Below are positions 58,880 through 64,000 of a DNA stretch of 64,000 nucleotides, one piece after another (within the stretch, counting starts at the first letter, position 1; each line of letters starts with the position of its first letter). The notes under the pieces are model-generated. The model was not told where the DNA came from and ran no database searches. It saw nothing but the letters and a program-made list of their open reading frames with translations. Source of the stretch: Desulfatiglandales bacterium (lineage in GTDB: Bacteria; Desulfobacterota; DSM-4660; Desulfatiglandales; Desulfatiglandaceae); the NCBI GenBank assembly GCA_963666345.1, contig OY762721.1, positions 2,336,001 through 2,400,000 on the forward strand, written 5' to 3'. The position numbers were made by a program, and so were the translations under genes.

Positions 58880-60730
58880 ATGCATAAGCTTTTGACCGAT
58901 TCTCCTGGCAAGGAGATGCTCCTTTTAGGTAATGAGGCAATTGCCCGGGGCGCCCTGGAGGCGGGAGTAGCTTTTACCACATGCTATCCCGGAACGCCTT
59001 CCTCGGAAATTCCGGAACAGTTTTTCAAAATCAGTCAGGAGACCGATCTTTACTTCGAGTATTCCACCAATGAAAAGGTCGCTATGGAGGTGGGAGCGGC
59101 GGCTGCCATTTCCGGTCTCAGGACCATGGTAACCCTGAAGCATGTCGGGCTCAACGTGGCGGCGGATCCCCTTATGACCCTGGCGTACCTGGGGGTCAAG
59201 GGCGGCATGGTCATAGTTAACGCGGATGACCCGTTTCTTTTCTCCAGTCAGAACGAGCAGGATAACAGATACTATGCCCGACTCTCATCTCTTCCTATGC
59301 TGGAGCCTACCGGCACGCAGGAGATGAAGGACATCACCTGTTCCGCCTTTGAACTTTCGGAATCGCTTGAACTTCCCGTTATAATCCGTACCACCACGAG
59401 GCTCAACCACATAAGGGGTTCCGTAACGCTTGGTAAGCTGGGCAAGATGAAGACAAAGGATACCTTTCACAAGAACCCTTTCCATTTTGTTGCCGTTCCC
59501 GCCGTGTCCAGAAAACTTCACCAACAGCTCCTTGAAAAATATGACAAGGCGGAAGAATTATCCGAATCGTGGCAGGAAAACAGGATCGAGGGAAAAGGTA
59601 GATTCGGAATAGCGGCAAACGGGGTTAGTTATAATTATGTCAGGGATGCCGTAGCAGACCTCGGGCTTGCCGATCAGGTAAGTATCCTGAAGATAGGATT
59701 TTCCTGGCCTCTTCCCAAAAGACTATGTACCCGGTTTCTTGAAAATGTTGAAAAGGTCCTGGTTGTGGAGGAGCTGGAACCTGTTATGGAAAACGACATA
59801 CGCGCGATCGCACAGGAGGCGGGAATCAGTATCCCCATAAAAGGTAAAGGCATAGCAGGGCTTTCCCGTCTGTTCGAATATGATCCCGGCATGGTGAGGC
59901 GGGCGGTGGCCGAGTATTTTGAAATCGATTACAAGGAGGCCGAACCTCTGGATTTGTCCGATGTCCCGGAACTTCCCGGGAGGCCGCCGAATCTCTGCGC
60001 AGGCTGCCCCCACAGGGCCACATTCTACGCGGTAAAGGAGGTCTACGGACCTGATGCGATTAATCCCACGGACATAGGATGCTATACCCTCGGCCTGCTG
60101 CCGCCTATTTCAATGGCCGATCTTGTCATATGCATGGGTTCATCGGTTTCCTCCTCATGCGGGTTTTCGAAGGCTACGGATCAGAAGGTTGTTTCCTTTA
60201 TAGGAGATTCGACATTTTTCCATTCAGGTATAACGGGTCTGATAAACGCGGTTCACAATAACCACAAATTTACTCTCGTCATACTCGATAACGGCACTAC
60301 CGCCATGACAGGCCACCAACCCCATCCGGGAGTCGATACCGGGCCTATGGATGTGGATCTTACCCGTATTTCGATTGAGGAGCTGGTCAGGGGTTGCGGG
60401 GTAAAGGATATCCATATTGTAAAGCCCTTCAAGGTCAACAAGACAATCGAGGCTGTAAGAAAGTCAATGGACTATGACGGACTTTCCGTCATAATCTCTC
60501 AGGAGCTTTGCCCTCTTTTTGCCAGGGGTATCGGACAGTTGAAAAGATCGAGGCCCTTCTACGTGAATCATGATAAGTGCAGGAATCACAGGGATTGCAT
60601 AAACAAGCTGGCATGTCCTGCCATGTATCTGGATGGTGAAAGGGTCGAGATAAACGAGCTTCTCTGCATAGGCTGTTCGGTCTGCGCACAGGTTTGCCCT
60701 GAAAACGCGATCCTTCCTTTGAAAAAATAG
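58880..60730 (+). CDS. iorA: Indolepyruvate ferredoxin oxidoreductase alpha subunit
   Basis: YPGTPSSEI, KHVGLNVAAD, LCAGCPHR, GDSTFFHSG, C-terminal ferredoxin CxxCxxCxxxCP. Confidence 0.96.
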   Translation: MHKLLTDSPGKEMLLLGNEAIARGALEAGVAFTTCYPGTPSSEIPEQFFKISQETDLYFEYSTNEKVAMEVGAAAAISGLRTMVTLKHVGLNVAADPLMTLAYLGVKGGMVIVNADDPFLFSSQNEQDNRYYARLSSLPMLEPTGTQEMKDITCSAFELSESLELPVIIRTTTRLNHIRGSVTLGKLGKMKTKDTFHKNPFHFVAVPAVSRKLHQQLLEKYDKAEELSESWQENRIEGKGRFGIAANGVSYNYVRDAVADLGLADQVSILKIGFSWPLPKRLCTRFLENVEKVLVVEELEPVMENDIRAIAQEAGISIPIKGKGIAGLSRLFEYDPGMVRRAVAEYFEIDYKEAEPLDLSDVPELPGRPPNLCAGCPHRATFYAVKEVYGPDAINPTDIGCYTLGLLPPISMADLVICMGSSVSSSCGFSKATDQKVVSFIGDSTFFHSGITGLINAVHNNHKFTLVILDNGTTAMTGHQPHPGVDTGPMDVDLTRISIEELVRGCGVKDIHIVKPFKVNKTIEAVRKSMDYDGLSVIISQELCPLFARGIGQLKRSRPFYVNHDKCRNHRDCINKLACPAMYLDGERVEINELLCIGCSVCAQVCPENAILPLKK

Positions 60731-60742
60731 ATGGAGGCTTCT

Positions 60743-61327
60743 ATGAAAACTTGGAGACTGGTATTTATCGGCGTGGGAGGTCAGGGTAATCTTCTTGCAT
60801 CGCGTCTTTTGGGTGAAGCCTCTCTGTCTTGCGGTATCCCGGCAGTGGTAAGCGAGATCCACGGCATGGCCCAGCGTGGCGGTATAGTGGAATCGGCCGT
60901 ACTCATGGGAGGTGTAACAAGCCCGATCGTTTCAAGCGGGGAGGCGGATGTCCTTGTAGGCTTTGAGCCTGTCGAGACGGTCAGGTCACTCGGCAAATGC
61001 AACAGGGACACGCTTATAATAACAAACACAAGACCTTTGCCTCCGTTTACCGTTTCCGTGGGTCAGGGTAAATATCCACCGGTTGATGAGCTTATGGCTC
61101 TTATCAGAAAAAGGACGGACAGGCTGATAATGCTGGATGGAAACCGGCTTGCCGAGGAGGCGGGAAACGCCCTTTCACTTAACATGGTAATGCTCGGAGC
61201 TCTGATAGGTTCAGGGGCCGTGCCCATAGAAGCGGGCAGTATGAAAAAGGTGATCTCGGACACCACAAAAAAGGTATTTCTCGAATCAAACCTGAAGGCC
61301 TTTGATCTGGGAATGCAGAACGCCTGA
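60743..61327 (+). CDS. iorB: Indolepyruvate ferredoxin oxidoreductase beta subunit
   Basis: GVGGQG, SEIHGMAQRGG, NMVMLG, NLKAFDLG. Confidence 0.96.
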   Translation: MKTWRLVFIGVGGQGNLLASRLLGEASLSCGIPAVVSEIHGMAQRGGIVESAVLMGGVTSPIVSSGEADVLVGFEPVETVRSLGKCNRDTLIITNTRPLPPFTVSVGQGKYPPVDELMALIRKRTDRLIMLDGNRLAEEAGNALSLNMVMLGALIGSGAVPIEAGSMKKVISDTTKKVFLESNLKAFDLGMQNA

Positions 61328-61403
61328 TTCATGCCGGTCTCTGTTTCAGTATCTTTGGTCCTGAAGGCACCCGGAATCCACCTACACACCCTTGCCGTAC
61401 ATT

Positions 61404-62060
61404 TCAGATTTTCCGGTAAAGGGCCAGTATGCCTTCCAGGGGACTGAGTTTTTCAATGAGTCTGAGTCCCTTATATCGGGGCATTATCCTGTCCAGGCCG
61501 TAAACCATGAATATGGCGCCCCTTTTCGCCTTTTTCAACACGAGCCTGGAGAATTCCTCATGCATGATAAGGTAGGTGTAAAAGAGATCAAAATCGCTCA
61601 GATCAAAATCCGCTGAATCGCGGATCGCCATGTGGGTTTGGCTGTCCAGGGCATCTCCCGGAAAAAGGAATATGTTTTCAGGTGGAACCTTGAGTTTATG
61701 AGCTTTCAGTGCCTCCTCAAGCTCCTGTTTCAGCGGTTCGTATTCCTCCAGGGTCAATTCGTCCATCTCGATGCCTGCCGAGATTTTAACCAGGTAACTC
61801 ATAAATACATTGACCCTGCCGTCGGCACATCCCAGGTCGAGAAATGATGATTCCCCCGGTCTCAAAAGCCCCTCATCCATCATAACGGCAATGCAGTTCC
61901 CAAGAGTGGCAATGTCGGTGGATCTCCTGAAACCCAAAGGGCCCACATCTCCCACCTTTCTTCCGTCGTAAAAACTTGCGACTTTGTCGAGGGTCTTTTG
62001 AGTGGTCCTGTCAGCAGCCGTATCTGTCATGCGAGTAGCCCTGATCCACCAAGATGTCAT
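61404..62060 (-). CDS. Putative class I SAM-dependent methyltransferase
   Basis: FLDLGCADG, GIE, GDA motifs; alternative start at 62030. Confidence 0.75.
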   Translation of the reverse strand: MTSWWIRATRMTDTAADRTTQKTLDKVASFYDGRKVGDVGPLGFRRSTDIATLGNCIAVMMDEGLLRPGESSFLDLGCADGRVNVFMSYLVKISAGIEMDELTLEEYEPLKQELEEALKAHKLKVPPENIFLFPGDALDSQTHMAIRDSADFDLSDFDLFYTYLIMHEEFSRLVLKKAKRGAIFMVYGLDRIMPRYKGLRLIEKLSPLEGILALYRKI

Positions 62061-62198
62061 CTGATGCGTAAAACGTAGTACGCCTCATTTGTTTTTTTCC
62101 CTTGCCTTCAAAAGAGCCCCCGCGCCTTCGTTCGTGCGAATCCATGCCGTATAAATTAATGATTACGCTGCGGCGCTGGCACTTTTTCTTCGCTTCGC

Positions 62199-62717
62199 TC
62201 AGTCCCACTGCTCAGCAAGCACCTTCAGCCTCTCATTGAGGTGGAAAAGGATTTCCAGCTCTTCTCCCTCCTTTTCCCTTAAAAGCATAAGGTCCTCTTT
62301 TTTTATCGAGCCGGTAACCTTGCCGCACACATAATTTATGCATATCACCTGGCGTGCCTTGAGAATGCAGCCGTTTTGCCCTAGAAAATAGCAACTTGAA
62401 GGATCAAACCTTTCTTCCGGCAGGTTGACTTGAAGCAGCATATTGACAAGTAGCAGCCATCCGTCATACCTGTTTTCCATGCCTGCCCCACAGCAGGAGC
62501 CCCCTTCCAGGCTGTCGCATTCGTAGCAGATCCGTGAAATACCTGTTCGCTCGGACAGCTTCCGGGAGGCGGTTATCGCAGTCTGGAGCCGTTTCAGAAG
62601 CAGGCTTGAAGCCTCGTCTTCATAGAACCTAATCCTCAGACGATCAAAGGCATCCCCGGCCCAGGCAATCCTTTGTTTAACGGTTAGAGAAAAGGGACCG
62701 GCTTTGCTTTCATTCAC
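62199..62717 (-). CDS. Cys-rich hypothetical protein (CxxC..CC, YkgJ-like pattern)
   Basis: CYECD..GSCCG, CYFLG..GC.L..R..IC..YVC. Confidence 0.75.
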   Translation of the reverse strand: MNESKAGPFSLTVKQRIAWAGDAFDRLRIRFYEDEASSLLLKRLQTAITASRKLSERTGISRICYECDSLEGGSCCGAGMENRYDGWLLLVNMLLQVNLPEERFDPSSCYFLGQNGCILKARQVICINYVCGKVTGSIKKEDLMLLREKEGEELEILFHLNERLKVLAEQWD

Positions 62718-64000
62718 CCTTTTTTCTGCCTTTCGTCGCCTTTTTACCGCTTTTTGGGGTGTCTCCTTCTTCGTTTTCTCCGAAATTTTTAAGGCCTTCA
62801 GCCAGTTCGTGAAGCTTCATATCGACCAGATAATTTATTGTTCCCTTTATGTAGGTACCGTCCTTCTTTTTCACTCCTGCCTTTTTATCGGTAAGAACTT
62901 CAATGCCTTCATCGATTGTTTTTACTGAATAGATATGAAACTTGCCTTTTTTTACGGCCTCGACGACATCCTTTCTCAGCATAAGATCTTTGACGTTGCT
63001 GTGCGGAATCATTACTCCCTGCCTTCCCGTGATTCCCGCTTTGATACAGCAGTCGTAAAAGCCTTCTATCTTCTCATTTACTCCGCCTATCGGCTGAACT
63101 TCGCCCTTCTGGTTGACCGATCCGGTAACCGCTATGTATTGTTTCAGCGGAACACCTGACAGACTTGAAAGCAGTGCGTAGATCTCCGTTGAAGACGCGC
63201 TGTCCCCGTCAATGCCTCCGTAGGACTGTTCAAAGGCGATGCTTGCACTCATGGTAAGAGGTTTGTCCTGCGCATATTTTTTTCTGAGGTACCCGCTCAG
63301 GATGAAGACCCCCTTGCTGTGGGTATTGCCCGACATGTCGGCTTCTCTTTCGATATTTATGATTCCCGCCTTTCCCATTGAGGTGGAGGCGGTTATCCTG
63401 GCCGGTTTGCCGAAGGAATAGTCCCCCAGGGTGTACACCGCAAGCCCGTTTACCTGTCCAGTTGCTTCCCCGTCCGAATCTATCATGAGGGTGCCGCGGT
63501 CTATCATCTCCTGAATATGTTCTTCAACCATGTTGGAGCGGTATCTCTTCGATTCAATCGCCTTGTCGACATGGGCCTCTTTTACGATCGACTCGTTAGC
63601 CCGGGAGGCCCAGAATTCCGATTCCCTTATCAGATCGGTTATAGCGGGAAAACTGGTGGAAAGTTTTTCCTGTCTTCCGCTCATCCTCACCGCCTGTTCA
63701 ACCAGCGCCGCCACGGCGGACCTGTCAAAGGGGTGCAGGTTCTCCTCATCGGTTTTCATCTTTACAAAGGATGCAAGCTGCATGATGCCTTTGTCATCTT
63801 TATCCATGGAGCTGTCAAAGTCGGCCCTTACCTTGAATATTTTTTTTACATCTTCGTCGTAGAAAAGAAGCATCTGGTAAAGGTATATGTCTGAAATTAC
63901 GACTATTTTAACGGAAAGATCAATCGGCTCCGGTTTCAGCCCGGAGGTGGTAAACAGATAGAATGGGTCATAGGTCTGGATCTCCAGTTTTTCGCTCTTT
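62710..64000 (-). CDS. Lon-type (LonB-like) ATP-dependent protease, 5' end outside the window
   Basis: Frame is open to the window edge (LKPEPI); GQVNGL, FEQSY, GDSASS catalytic Ser, GVNEKIEGF Lys. Confidence 0.93.
   Translation of the reverse strand, partial: KSEKLEIQTYDPFYLFTTSGLKPEPIDLSVKIVVISDIYLYQMLLFYDEDVKKIFKVRADFDSSMDKDDKGIMQLASFVKMKTDEENLHPFDRSAVAALVEQAVRMSGRQEKLSTSFPAITDLIRESEFWASRANESIVKEAHVDKAIESKRYRSNMVEEHIQEMIDRGTLMIDSDGEATGQVNGLAVYTLGDYSFGKPARITASTSMGKAGIINIEREADMSGNTHSKGVFILSGYLRKKYAQDKPLTMSASIAFEQSYGGIDGDSASSTEIYALLSSLSGVPLKQYIAVTGSVNQKGEVQPIGGVNEKIEGFYDCCIKAGITGRQGVMIPHSNVKDLMLRKDVVEAVKKGKFHIYSVKTIDEGIEVLTDKKAGVKKKDGTYIKGTINYLVDMKLHELAEGLKNFGENEEGDTPKSGKKATKGRKKGE

Overview
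About 53 kb of this window is a flagellar gene cluster plus adjacent accessory and signalling genes. Gene content and order suggest a deltaproteobacterial (Desulfobacterota-like) genome; this is inferred, not verified. The order is two sigma54 activators flanking an AMIN-like/TPR protein, flgBC-fliE, fliFGHIJ-motE-like, fliK-flgDE, motA-motB'-motB-fliLMNOPQR-flhBAF-flhG-fliA, fliL2/SwrB-like/FliK-like/FlhX, flgFGAHIJ, and flgN-flgKL-csrA-fliW. Uncharacterised accessory genes follow: a LysM-like/NlpC-P60-like protein, a wHTH-acidic-FGE protein, a Zn-ribbon protein, a hybrid kinase, a diguanylate cyclase and an HDOD protein. Eight sigma54 (GG-N10-GC) and two sigma28-like promoters can be read directly from the DNA. 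No flagellin, fliD/S, flgM or che genes are in the window. Beyond tRNA-Pro(TGG) lie housekeeping genes: folD, DedA, YfgM-like, acyl-CoA synthetase, iorAB, a methyltransferase and a partial Lon-type protease. Five observations stand out: (1) an Asp-less MotB paralogue with a degenerate peptidoglycan-binding domain and an apparent 5' frameshift; (2) a candidate flagellar peptidoglycan hydrolase in a cluster whose FlgJ has no muramidase domain; (3) five proteins sharing a FliK-like C-terminal pentapeptide; (4) twin divergent sigma54 promoters driving an uncharacterised module; (5) a sigma54 activator with Glu in place of the phospho-acceptor Asp. All calls come from motif reading only; no searches were run.
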